A stretch of DNA of 32,000 nt from positions 1 through 32,000 of the forward strand of contig CAZMGY010000026.1 of the NCBI GenBank assembly GCA_964565945.1, given 5' to 3'. The notes beneath the pieces are model-generated. The model was not told where the DNA came from and did no database searches. It saw nothing but the letters and a program-made list of their open reading frames with translations. Of this stretch, positions 8,057 to 16,829 are shown in pieces. Numbering within the stretch: position 1 is the first letter of the stretch; each line of letters begins with the position of its first letter. Made by a program: the position numbers and the translations under genes. The DNA is from an uncultured bacterium (GTDB taxonomy: Bacteria > GCA-001730085).

Positions 8057-11000
8057 ATGAAAGTAACCGAATTTTTTATTGATCGCCCCAAGTTCACCAA
8101 TGTTCTTTTGGGATTTATGATTCTTTTAGGGGTTCTGACTTTAAAAAGTTTGCCACGGCAAAATATGCCTGATGTTGATTTTGATGTGTTGACCATTCGC
8201 ACCAATTACCCTGGAGCTTCACCCGAAGATGTTGAGGTTAAGGTGACCGACCCAATTGAAGACGCGTTGGAGTCTGTAGATGGTTTGGATAGGGTCGAAT
8301 CGTTTTCAATCGAAAATATGTCGTATATTGTTGTCAAAATTGATCCAGACTTGGATTTTAATGAGAAAGAGGACATCAAAAGAGATGTCAGGAAGGCTGT
8401 GGATCGCGTGACCGATTTTCCTCAAGAGGTTGAAGCCAGACCTTTTGTGGACGAAAAAAAGTCGACCAGTTCTCCTATTATTGAAATAGCTGTTAGTGGC
8501 GAAGGTATCGATGAATGGACGATGCGTAAAGTAGCTAAGGATCTCGAAGATGATTTGCGAGGGATTGAGGGTGTGGGTGAGGTTGACAAAATTGGCTATC
8601 GCAAGAAAGAAATGCAGGTACTGGCCGATATCGAGAAAATGGATGAACATTATGTGGCGTTTGGAGATTTGTTACAAGCGATAGAGCTTCGTAATGTGAA
8701 ACTATCTGGAGGAACCATTGAGTCATCCGTTAACGAAAAAAAAGTGGTTACTTTTGCTGAGTTTGAAGAGCCTATCGATGTCGGGGATTGTATTGTTCGG
8801 AGCAACTTTTCGGGCAAACAACTTAAGGTGAGTGATGTTGCTTTGTTGAAGGATGATTTTGAACAACGACGTATTTGGACACGAGTGAACGGTGTCGATG
8901 CGATTAATGTGAGGGTTAAACGTAAGCCTAAATCCGATGTGATCCGTTTGAGTCGTGAGCTTAATGTTGTGATCGACTATTACCAAGAAACTTTTTCCAA
9001 ACAAGGTATTCAGGTGAAGGTCTTGATTGACTACACCCACTACACCAAAAACTTACTTGATATTGTGATCAATAGTGCTACCTTGGGTTTGATTTTGGTA
9101 CTTTTATCGCTATTTTTCTTTCTTAATTTTCAAACGGCTTTATGGGTGGCAATAGGTTTACCAACGGCCATATTGGGTGCTTTTTTTATTTTTCCTTATT
9201 TTGATATGACAGTAAATCAGATTGTTTTGATTGCAATGATTATTGTGTTGGGTATGTTGGTGGACGATGCGATTGTTGTGGCCGAAAATATTAATCGCTA
9301 CCAGCAAGAAGGCCTATCCTTCCGTGAAGCAGCGATTTTGGGTACTCAAGAGGTGTTTAAACCGATTTGTGTGACCATTTTAACCACAATCAGCTGTTTT
9401 GCACCTATGTATTTTATGACGGGGATTCTGGGTAAATTTGTTTTTACTATCCCTACAGTGATTATCTCGATGCTATTACTAAGTTTGTTTGAGTCTGTAA
9501 CGATTCTTCCGTGTCACCTTGCGCATAGCAAAGCTTCGCGTATTCGACCTGTCGGATTTTGGATGACCAAGTTGAGAAATTTTTATGGTCGTTTTTTACG
9601 GCGGTTGTTGCATCACCGTGGTTTATTTATTGTGATTGCCATTAGTATGCTGATTGGATCAGTTTTTTTTAGTGTGGCTACGAATCGTTTTGTGTTGTTT
9701 CCGACCAATGATGCTAATGTTTTTTATATTGTTATTGAAACGAAGGTAGGTGACTCGATGGAGCAAACCTTGGAAAAAATTAAGCAAATAGAGGATAGAG
9801 TGAGTGAAATTTCTCCTGAAATTCTAAATAACTTTAAAGTTGAACTGGGACATCATCGTACAGAAGAGGCTATTAATACGCCTGCTGAGCATGAAGAATG
9901 GGCTTTATTTACTGTTTTCCTAAAACCTGCTAGTGAGCGAGATGTTCGCAGTGAAGTCGTTATTGAAGAGTTGCGAAAAGATTTTAAAAATTTAACTGGG
10001 TTTAATTTGTTGCAAGTGCGTAAGTTGCAGGGGGGACCTCCCGTTGGAGCTCCCATTACGATCACTCTTGTTTCGGATGACTTTGAAGGATGTGAAGTAT
10101 ACGAAAAAAAAATATGGGATGACTTATCAAATTTGGACGGTGTTTATGCCTTGGAAACCACTAATAGGATTGGTAAAGACGAAGTTCGATTACATTTAAA
10201 TTATTCCCTTATGGCTCAAGTGGGTCTAACGGCTCGTGATGTGGCTGATACGATGCGAATGGCTTATGATGGAGTGGTGGCCACGAGTATGCGACGTGAT
10301 GGGGAAGAGATTGATTTTCGTCTTCGTCTTCGAGATGACCAGCGAGGAAAGGAAGATTGGCTTAAGCAATTACTTTTACGCAATGCCGATGGCAAGTTGA
10401 TTAGCCTCGAAGATGTGGCTTCTTTTAGTTATGGTCAAAGCAAAGAATCTATTAATCATTACAGTGGTCGCAAATCAATCACCATCACTGGTAAGGTTGA
10501 TACCGAAAAAGTAACATCCACTTTTGTCAATAAAATGATTCGAGATAGTTATGAAAAAAAAATTAAGGCAACGTCTGGGCTAAAAATGATCTTTGGTGGT
10601 GAGGAAGAAGAAACCAAAGAAAGTATGCAAAATTTTAAGGTTGCTTTCTTGTGTGGATTGATTGGAATTTATTTTATTTTGCTCTTGCTATTGAATTCCT
10701 ATATACAACCCTTTTTGATTATGGCCACCATTCCATTCGGAATTATCGGGGTTTTGATTGCTTTTTATTTGCATGGATTGCCCATGAGCTTTTTGGGTTT
10801 AATTGGTACCTTAGGTATGATTGGGGTTGTGGTGAATGATTCCTTAGTGATGGTGACCTATTTGAATAAATTGAAAGAAAAATATGGTCGTGTTGATGAA
10901 GATATGGTGATTGAAGGGGCTAAAATGCGCTTTCGGCAGGTTTTTTTGACCACAATCACCACAGTTTTGGGTTTACTGCCTACCGTTTATGGAATCGGTG

Positions 11001-11110
11001 GTTATGAGCCTTTTCTTGTCCCAGTGGTACTAGCGATGTCTTGGGGCTTAGCTTTTTCTACTGTGATCACACTTGGTTTGGTTCCTGTCTTGTATTCTTT
11101 TCAGAAATAG
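8057..11110 (+). CDS. RND efflux pump, AcrB/AcrD/AcrF family inner-membrane transporter
   Basis: 1017 aa. N-terminal MKVTEFFIDRPKF...VLLGFMILLG. Two large periplasmic loops and two six-helix halves. Proton-relay motif MLVDDAIVVAENI in the first half and GVVVNDSLVMV in the second. Confidence 0.9.
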   Translation: MKVTEFFIDRPKFTNVLLGFMILLGVLTLKSLPRQNMPDVDFDVLTIRTNYPGASPEDVEVKVTDPIEDALESVDGLDRVESFSIENMSYIVVKIDPDLDFNEKEDIKRDVRKAVDRVTDFPQEVEARPFVDEKKSTSSPIIEIAVSGEGIDEWTMRKVAKDLEDDLRGIEGVGEVDKIGYRKKEMQVLADIEKMDEHYVAFGDLLQAIELRNVKLSGGTIESSVNEKKVVTFAEFEEPIDVGDCIVRSNFSGKQLKVSDVALLKDDFEQRRIWTRVNGVDAINVRVKRKPKSDVIRLSRELNVVIDYYQETFSKQGIQVKVLIDYTHYTKNLLDIVINSATLGLILVLLSLFFFLNFQTALWVAIGLPTAILGAFFIFPYFDMTVNQIVLIAMIIVLGMLVDDAIVVAENINRYQQEGLSFREAAILGTQEVFKPICVTILTTISCFAPMYFMTGILGKFVFTIPTVIISMLLLSLFESVTILPCHLAHSKASRIRPVGFWMTKLRNFYGRFLRRLLHHRGLFIVIAISMLIGSVFFSVATNRFVLFPTNDANVFYIVIETKVGDSMEQTLEKIKQIEDRVSEISPEILNNFKVELGHHRTEEAINTPAEHEEWALFTVFLKPASERDVRSEVVIEELRKDFKNLTGFNLLQVRKLQGGPPVGAPITITLVSDDFEGCEVYEKKIWDDLSNLDGVYALETTNRIGKDEVRLHLNYSLMAQVGLTARDVADTMRMAYDGVVATSMRRDGEEIDFRLRLRDDQRGKEDWLKQLLLRNADGKLISLEDVASFSYGQSKESINHYSGRKSITITGKVDTEKVTSTFVNKMIRDSYEKKIKATSGLKMIFGGEEEETKESMQNFKVAFLCGLIGIYFILLLLLNSYIQPFLIMATIPFGIIGVLIAFYLHGLPMSFLGLIGTLGMIGVVVNDSLVMVTYLNKLKEKYGRVDEDMVIEGAKMRFRQVFLTTITTVLGLLPTVYGIGGYEPFLVPVVLAMSWGLAFSTVITLGLVPVLYSFQK

Positions 11111-11286
11111 TTAAAAGACAGCAATAAAAGTCGTCTTCGTGGTTAGGGAGCTGTAGTACTCGGCTGTGTCATCCCGAGGCTTGACCGCCCGAGCCATTTA
11201 TATAAAAGTTTGACGATAAGACCGTATATCCATAGTATAATGACCCCAGTGTATATGTAAGCGTGAGACAGAGGAGTTTTCTTAAT

Positions 11287-12033
11287 ATGAAAGACGATTT
11301 GTTAAAGTTAGTTGAGCTAGAGAAAATAGATTTCAAAATTTATCAATTAAAACGTAGAAAAGAAGAATATCCTGTTTTGATTGAAGCTTGCCAACGTGAT
11401 ATGAACGAGCTTGAGGCTCATTTGAATGCGCTTAAAGAGTCTTCTAAACAGATCGAGCTTGCACGCAAAGAAAAAGAAATCGAAATTGAGTCCAATGAAG
11501 AGCAAATGAAAAAAAAAGACAATCAACTGACTCAAATTAAAAAAAATGACGAATATAAAGCCATGTTGCATCAGATTGAAAAGTTCAAGAAAAAAAATGA
11601 TCTCCTTGAGGAAGAAATTATTGTTAAAATGGATGAGCTTGATGCTGTTCAAGTTCAAATTAAGGACGAAGATATTAGAGTTAAAGAGGGCAAAGAGCAA
11701 GTGGCTGCTCGAGAAAAGGAAATCAAAGTTAATTTGAGTAGATTGGAAGATGATAGGAAAAAACTCAAAAACAATAGTGAACAGTGTTTGAATGGCTTAA
11801 GTCCCAAAATCAAAGACATCTATTTGCAAGTTTTGAACAAACGCAAAGACCGAGCCTTGGCTAGCATTAAAGAAGATACTTGCGGGGCTTGTCATATGGT
11901 TCTTCTGGCCGAGGTGATTGAGCAGACCCGAATGGGAGTTGATGTAATTTACTGTGACACCTGCTCGCGCATTTTGTATCATCCCGATTTATTGGCTAAG
12001 GTATCGACCTCTCACTTGGATGATGTCCTCTAA
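11287..12033 (+). CDS. Coiled-coil protein with C-terminal C4 zinc ribbon (COG1579/DUF164-like)
   Basis: Long K/E-rich coiled coil followed by CGACHMVL...CDTCSRILY. The ORF track starts at GTG 11263. ATG 11287 has GAGGAG at 11271-11276 upstream. Confidence 0.75.
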   Translation: MKDDLLKLVELEKIDFKIYQLKRRKEEYPVLIEACQRDMNELEAHLNALKESSKQIELARKEKEIEIESNEEQMKKKDNQLTQIKKNDEYKAMLHQIEKFKKKNDLLEEEIIVKMDELDAVQVQIKDEDIRVKEGKEQVAAREKEIKVNLSRLEDDRKKLKNNSEQCLNGLSPKIKDIYLQVLNKRKDRALASIKEDTCGACHMVLLAEVIEQTRMGVDVIYCDTCSRILYHPDLLAKVSTSHLDDVL

Positions 12034-12443
12034 TGAGCACAACCTCTATGGTGACGATGTGTGCCGATGGAGCTTCGCGCGGTAATCCTGGTCCAGCGTC
12101 TTACGGGGTAATTTTCCGTGATGAAACGGGTAAAGTGATTCATAGTTTGGCCGAGTGCATTGGCAAAGCGACCAATAATGTGGCCGAATATTCAGGTTTG
12201 ATCGCAGGTTTGGAATATGCGGTGCAAGAAGGCATTTCTCACTTGCGGGTTTATCTCGATAGTGAATTGGTGGTCAAGCAAATAAAGGGTGTCTATCGGG
12301 TGCGTAATCACAATATCAAAACCTACTATAAAAAAGCCGTGGCATTGAGTGAACAAATTGAGTCATTTGTCATTAACCATGTCCGTCGTGCCGACAATGC
12401 CGATGCAGATGCTCTGGCCAATCAAGCTTTGGATGCTTTATGA
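12033..12443 (+). CDS. rnhA: Ribonuclease HI family protein
   Basis: D-E-D-D landmarks: CADGASRGNPGPASYG, NNVAEYSGLIAGL, YLDSELVVKQI, NADADALAN. Its ATG overlaps the upstream stop by 1 nt (TAATG). Confidence 0.85.
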   Translation: MSTTSMVTMCADGASRGNPGPASYGVIFRDETGKVIHSLAECIGKATNNVAEYSGLIAGLEYAVQEGISHLRVYLDSELVVKQIKGVYRVRNHNIKTYYKKAVALSEQIESFVINHVRRADNADADALANQALDAL

Positions 12444-13213
12444 AAGACCGTTTGATCAATCGTTTTTTTATTGAGCCTTCATCGATTGAACAGGAATCAA
12501 TTGTATTGCGAGATACAGAGCTTTATCATGCTACGCGTGTGTTGCGTCTTAAAAAAAAAGATTTGTTCGATGCGGTGGATGGTCAAGGTCGATGTTTTCG
12601 TGTCGAAATTCTTCATATCGATAAACAGCAAGCCGAATGCCGGATTCTCAAACGAGATAAAGTGGAACGCAAGCAAACCATTCGGCTTAGTTTAGCCTTG
12701 GCTTTGCCTAAAGAAAAAGTGATGACTTTGATGTTGCAAAAGTCCGTTGAGCTTGGGGTTTACCAAATCATTCCTTTTATGGCCGAACGCTCTCAGGATT
12801 CATTAACACCCGAGTTATGCGACAAAAAAAAGACGCGTTGGACGCAAATTGTGCAAGAAGCGGTTAAGCAGTCGGGCAATGATTTTTTGCCACTATTGCA
12901 GTCTTTACAATCTTTGGAAGGTGTATGTGCACAGCTAAGTAAAGAGAGTTATGATGAAATTATTCTTTTGTCACCCTGGTGTAAAGATTCGTTCATTGAT
13001 TTTGATCACCGCATGCGGCAGACGACAAATCCCAAACATGTGCTGGTTTGTATTGGACCCGAAGGCGGTCTAACCGAAGAGGAAGAGGAGCAATGGAAGT
13101 CCCATAGGGCACAGTCCTATAAATGTGGGGAATTATTGATGAGAGTCGAAACGGCGATGATGTTTGTCGCCACAGCGAATTATTTATGGAATTTGGGGCA
13201 TGACAAAATTTAG
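12440..13213 (+). CDS. rsmE: 16S rRNA (uracil1498-N3)-methyltransferase RsmE
   Basis: N-terminal RFFIEP...LRDTELYHATRVLRLK (PUA-like) and C-terminal GPEGGLTEEE...RVETA SPOUT motifs. ATGA overlap with rnhA. Confidence 0.85.
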   Translation: MKDRLINRFFIEPSSIEQESIVLRDTELYHATRVLRLKKKDLFDAVDGQGRCFRVEILHIDKQQAECRILKRDKVERKQTIRLSLALALPKEKVMTLMLQKSVELGVYQIIPFMAERSQDSLTPELCDKKKTRWTQIVQEAVKQSGNDFLPLLQSLQSLEGVCAQLSKESYDEIILLSPWCKDSFIDFDHRMRQTTNPKHVLVCIGPEGGLTEEEEEQWKSHRAQSYKCGELLMRVETAMMFVATANYLWNLGHDKI

Positions 13214-14669
13214 ATGGAGGACCCGTAAAGGCATAGGTCTTTTGCAGGTTGTTTTTAGTGTTTTTATTGCCACGGCCTTAACGAGCTTGGTGTCCCCAAC
13301 ACTTCAAAAGCTGAGTGACCAAAGCAAACGTGTTTTGGTGGATGTCGACAAGGAGCAATTGGCCGTCGCTTTGGAACATTACTATCGCGACCAGGGTTTT
13401 TATCCCGAGGGGGATAATGTCAATATGGTGCAGGCCCTAAAAGATAAATACATTTCCTTTGCGTCAGAAACGCTTAAAAACAATATTTTTGACAAAGCCG
13501 AGTTTGTCGACCCTTGGGGACGACCGTATCTTTATCATTACAAAAAAGGTGACAAGTCGTATCATTTGCGCTTTCAAGGTATGCCTGAGCGTCCTTTGTT
13601 TGGTTTGCCGAAGCCCTTGTTTAAACAAGAGACTCCTAATCGTCTCGGTGCTGGTGCGTCGTCAGAAAGCGAGGTTCAGCCTTCAGTGAATATTCAACCT
13701 GTCGAAATTGATAATAACGAGAGTGACCTTGGGCAAAACGACGTCTCTGTACCTGATGAGCCCGAAGCTTTGGATCTCTTGCCTTTGCATGCGATTCCTA
13801 ACGATCGTTTGGTTTTTGTGACGGTCGAAAATGTTGCTTTGGCTTTGGATCGAGTTTTAATGAATCGTAAAGTGGGAACAGGGGAGTTCAGTGATTTGCC
13901 TTTGAGGGATTTCGATGCTAATGGAAACATTATTTGGTTTGAAGGAAGCACAGTGGTGAATGTGCTTGATTTTAACGTGCAAAATAGTGTGTCCTATGCT
14001 TACAAAGGCGAGTTTTGGATTGATTCCTTGCGCGATCAAACGGTGGCCACGCGAGAGGGTAGCGCGGTTCCTTCTGAAGAATTTGTGCAGGATTTAGCCC
14101 AAGCCAAAGCTTTGTTAGACGATGCTACTTTAGAGGTTGAGGGACAGTATGGTGTGAGCACGAAGGATATTTTTGCTACTCTGGTCACGCATAATGTTCC
14201 CATTATATGGGGTTACAAATCACGCCTTGAGTCTTCTGGGGGATTCGAGGAATCCACATTGGGATACACTTTGTCGTTTTCCGATCGCGTGACGGGAGAA
14301 TTTCGTGAGTTTATTGTGGTCAATACACTTGAACTTAAGGATGAGCCTTTGAGCATGATTGCTTCCTTATTGGCTCACGAAGGTATTCATCACTATTGGA
14401 ATCATCAAGCCCCAGAATTACCCAAAGAGGTAGCAGAATCGCTTGCGCCTGATGATTCTACCCCGCGTGGAGATGCTGGTCGGAGCTTTAATTCGGTCGA
14501 TGAAGAGTATGAAGCCTTTTTGATGTCTTTACGTTTTTGGAAACAAGCACAAGGAGACGATAAAAATGAAACGTTCGATCAGCTGTTGGCCTTGCTGAAT
14601 GGACCGAATGGCGAGAAAGAATTGCGGGATTATATGAGGACGGTTTACCATGACTTGGATGAGTATTAG
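13200..14669 (+). CDS. GspG-like pseudopilin N-terminal domain fused to a C-terminal HExxH domain (putative modular pilin/metallopeptidase)
   Basis: N-terminus MTKFRWRTRKG/IGLLQVVFSVFIATALTSLV (basic, Gly, hydrophobic helix). GspG-type core ALEHYYRDQGFYPEG...DPWGRPYLYHYKKGDKSYHLRFQG. Acidic/Ser linker. C-terminal LLAHEGIHHYW (HEGIH at 14376-14390) with VDEEYEAF about 40 aa downstream. I prefer ATG 13200 to 13164. It overlaps the rsmE end by 14 nt. Confidence 0.65.
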   Translation: MTKFRWRTRKGIGLLQVVFSVFIATALTSLVSPTLQKLSDQSKRVLVDVDKEQLAVALEHYYRDQGFYPEGDNVNMVQALKDKYISFASETLKNNIFDKAEFVDPWGRPYLYHYKKGDKSYHLRFQGMPERPLFGLPKPLFKQETPNRLGAGASSESEVQPSVNIQPVEIDNNESDLGQNDVSVPDEPEALDLLPLHAIPNDRLVFVTVENVALALDRVLMNRKVGTGEFSDLPLRDFDANGNIIWFEGSTVVNVLDFNVQNSVSYAYKGEFWIDSLRDQTVATREGSAVPSEEFVQDLAQAKALLDDATLEVEGQYGVSTKDIFATLVTHNVPIIWGYKSRLESSGGFEESTLGYTLSFSDRVTGEFREFIVVNTLELKDEPLSMIASLLAHEGIHHYWNHQAPELPKEVAESLAPDDSTPRGDAGRSFNSVDEEYEAFLMSLRFWKQAQGDDKNETFDQLLALLNGPNGEKELRDYMRTVYHDLDEY

Positions 14670-15312
14670 AAGCTTTGGCCTTATTATTGCACTGGCCTTA
14701 ATCGGATGGGGATGTGATCAAGGAGGAGAAGACTATCAAAGAACATGTTTGCCAGGTCAAGTTTGGCCCTATGCGCGTCAAGAAGCTAAGTCGCAAGAGG
14801 ACTTTGAAACCGAAGAATGGCCTCTTCGTGTTGAGAGCCCTTGGGCCGATTTTCCCATTTCACTTGAAGTTCCCCAGGGGTTTAAAGTGAATTTTTTTAA
14901 GGATCCAGAGGGACAGTACAGTATGGTGCATTTGATCGATCGCCAAGGAGAATCCTCTTATCCGACCAACATCATGTTTTCAGTCGACTATACAGGGAAT
15001 GGCGCTGATATCGATCGGGTTCATGAAGTGGCCAAAGAGAAACTGGCGCACCTAAAACAGGTGGCTGAGCCGACGACGTACCGTCAAAAGGTTGGCGAGG
15101 ATATTCTTGTCTGGAGAACTGCGCAGCATACGATGATTTACCCTCCTTACATTAAGAATGCCCCTAAAGTTACGATTCGCGAGCAGTGGACTTTTATCCA
15201 ACATTCTGGGAAGATTTATGAGTGGAGGATGAAAACGATGGTTCCTGTGTCTCAAGAAAGCCTGAATGTATTGAATATTTGCCTCCATAGTCTCGTATTT
15301 GATATTGATTAA
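14650..15312 (+). CDS. Hypothetical exported protein, probable lipoprotein
   Basis: N-terminus M(TWM)SIRSFGLIIALALIGWGC/DQGG is a signal peptide ending in Cys (non-canonical lipobox). Alternative ATG at 14659. It overlaps the upstream stop. No family recognised. Confidence 0.6.
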   Translation: MTWMSIRSFGLIIALALIGWGCDQGGEDYQRTCLPGQVWPYARQEAKSQEDFETEEWPLRVESPWADFPISLEVPQGFKVNFFKDPEGQYSMVHLIDRQGESSYPTNIMFSVDYTGNGADIDRVHEVAKEKLAHLKQVAEPTTYRQKVGEDILVWRTAQHTMIYPPYIKNAPKVTIREQWTFIQHSGKIYEWRMKTMVPVSQESLNVLNICLHSLVFDID

Positions 15313-15374
15313 TGCCTTTATAGGGTGTTTTGTTCTCAAAATGTAACGATAGTTTGCTTTTCGGAAAGCCACTG

Positions 15375-15383
15375 TGCTATATT
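15375..15383 (+). promoter_or_regulatory. Candidate extended -10 promoter (TGcTATATT) for 15412..16819
   Basis: TGCTATATT lies 29 nt upstream of the ATG at 15412. No good -35 seen. Confidence 0.3.
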
Positions 15384-15411
15384 GACTTTTGTGTGATCTA
15401 GGGGGTTAAAA

Positions 15412-16221
15412 ATGTCAAATTTGCGTGCTTTAGTGCTTATTCCAATGTGTCTGCTAAGCTTATCGTGCCGTTCCGAAGAAAAGGTTGAGCCTGTGGTGGC
15501 GCAGATTGGGAATTACAAACTGATGGTTAGTGATTATTTGCGGGAAGTGAAACGCCTGAGCGAAGCCGAGCGCGAGGCTCTCAAGTCGTCGGATGCGCGC
15601 GAAGCTTTTATGGAACAGCTGATTGATCAACAGGTTTTGATTGAAGAAGCGCATCGTTTGAATATCGATAAAGACAAAGAGTTTTGTTTGTTTGTGGAGG
15701 CTTTTTGGAAACAAGCGATGATTGAACGCTTGATTATACATAAAACACGAGAAGTGATTAAACAATTGACCATCAGTGAGGAAGAGGTTGAGTTTTATTT
15801 TAAAGAAATGCAACGCAAAATACATGCGTGTATTAGGGTTGTGGGGAGCAAAGCCATTGCACGCAAACTCTTGGCCGATGAAATGCTTAGCTACGAAGAA
15901 GAATTACAGATTCAAAAGGATTCGGGCTGGCATTGGTTTGCTTACGAAGAAGTTCAACCAGTTTATCGAAACTTCTTGTTTGGCATGGAAGAGGGCGATA
16001 AAAAAATCATTTATAACTACGATCTCGGTTGGGTGGTTTTAGAAGTGAAAGGGTTTAAAGAGCGTCAAATGGGGTCTGAAGAAGACATGCATAAGCGTTT
16101 GATGGATGTTTTACAGGAAGAACGTGATTTGGAGATTTTGGATAAGTGGATTCGTCAGCTCCGAGCTAAAAGCAAAATTCATGTGAATAGTGATGTTTTA
16201 AAGCAATTAGAGGTGGAGTAG
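15412..16221 (+). CDS. SurA-N/parvulin-like periplasmic folding-factor lipoprotein (PpiC/PrsA-like, degenerate rotamase)
   Basis: Signal peptide ending LLSLSC. N-terminal helical region resembles SurA/PpiD N-domains (VAQIGNYKLMVSDYLRE..., QLIDQQVLIEEA). C-terminal HACIRVVGSKAIARKLL...GWHWFAY...LGWVVLEVKG resembles a divergent parvulin domain. Confidence 0.55.
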   Translation: MSNLRALVLIPMCLLSLSCRSEEKVEPVVAQIGNYKLMVSDYLREVKRLSEAEREALKSSDAREAFMEQLIDQQVLIEEAHRLNIDKDKEFCLFVEAFWKQAMIERLIIHKTREVIKQLTISEEEVEFYFKEMQRKIHACIRVVGSKAIARKLLADEMLSYEEELQIQKDSGWHWFAYEEVQPVYRNFLFGMEEGDKKIIYNYDLGWVVLEVKGFKERQMGSEEDMHKRLMDVLQEERDLEILDKWIRQLRAKSKIHVNSDVLKQLEVE

Positions 16222-16222
16222 T

Positions 16223-16819
16223 TTGGTGGAAAAATTTAAACGTAAACAGTATTTGGTGAAAGATTTTCAGCTTAAGTTTGTGCAGCGTTTTGTGGGGCTT
16301 CTGCTTCTTTCGGTGGGTTTGGTTGGACTGGGGTTGTATTTTTGGAGTGCTGGTACTATGACCACCGTGTTCGAAAATTCACGTTTGGTGGTTAAAACCA
16401 CGCAAGATTTTATTTTACCGATGATGATCGCTTTGACTTTGATTACTATTGCGATACTGGGCATTATGGGGTGGTTTTTGGTTTATTTGTTCTCGCATCG
16501 GATTGCTGGGCCGATTTATCGGATCGAAAAGCATGTTAAAGGTATTGGAGAGGGAGAGTTGGCTCATAAAGTGCTTTTGCGTTCGTCCGATGAAATCCAG
16601 GATTTGGCTAAAGCGGTCAACGGCATGATGGCAGCCTTGGCCGACCATGTGGATGATCTTAAAAAAGAATTCAAACGTTTGAACAAAATAGATCGTGATT
16701 TGGTTGAATTATGGCGTCCTAAGGGTAAGATTGATTACAAAGACCTGGAAACCGTGATCAAAAAGTTCAAAGACGTCGAGAAGGCGATTGAAGAGAAGCT
16801 TTCTCAGCTTCGCACCTGA
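16223..16819 (+). CDS. Two-TM HAMP-domain protein without recognisable output domain
   Basis: TM1 FVGLLLLSVGLVGLGLYFW and TM2 LPMMIALTLITIAILGIMGWFLVYLF. HAMP: HRIAGPIYRIEKHVKGIGEGELAHKVLLRSSDEIQDLAKAVNGMMAAL. Then a ~60-aa charged helix to the stop. Start is TTG 16223 or GTG 16226, with AGGTGGAG at 16211-16218. Confidence 0.75.
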   Translation: MVEKFKRKQYLVKDFQLKFVQRFVGLLLLSVGLVGLGLYFWSAGTMTTVFENSRLVVKTTQDFILPMMIALTLITIAILGIMGWFLVYLFSHRIAGPIYRIEKHVKGIGEGELAHKVLLRSSDEIQDLAKAVNGMMAALADHVDDLKKEFKRLNKIDRDLVELWRPKGKIDYKDLETVIKKFKDVEKAIEEKLSQLRT

Positions 16820-16829
16820 TTTTATTATT

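Noticed and set aside
7966-8205. 79-aa minus-strand ORF in the TolC/RND junction, checked as a possible missing adaptor gene
   Set aside because: It is far too short for a membrane-fusion protein, lies antisense to the RND start and has no lipoprotein or coiled-coil features.
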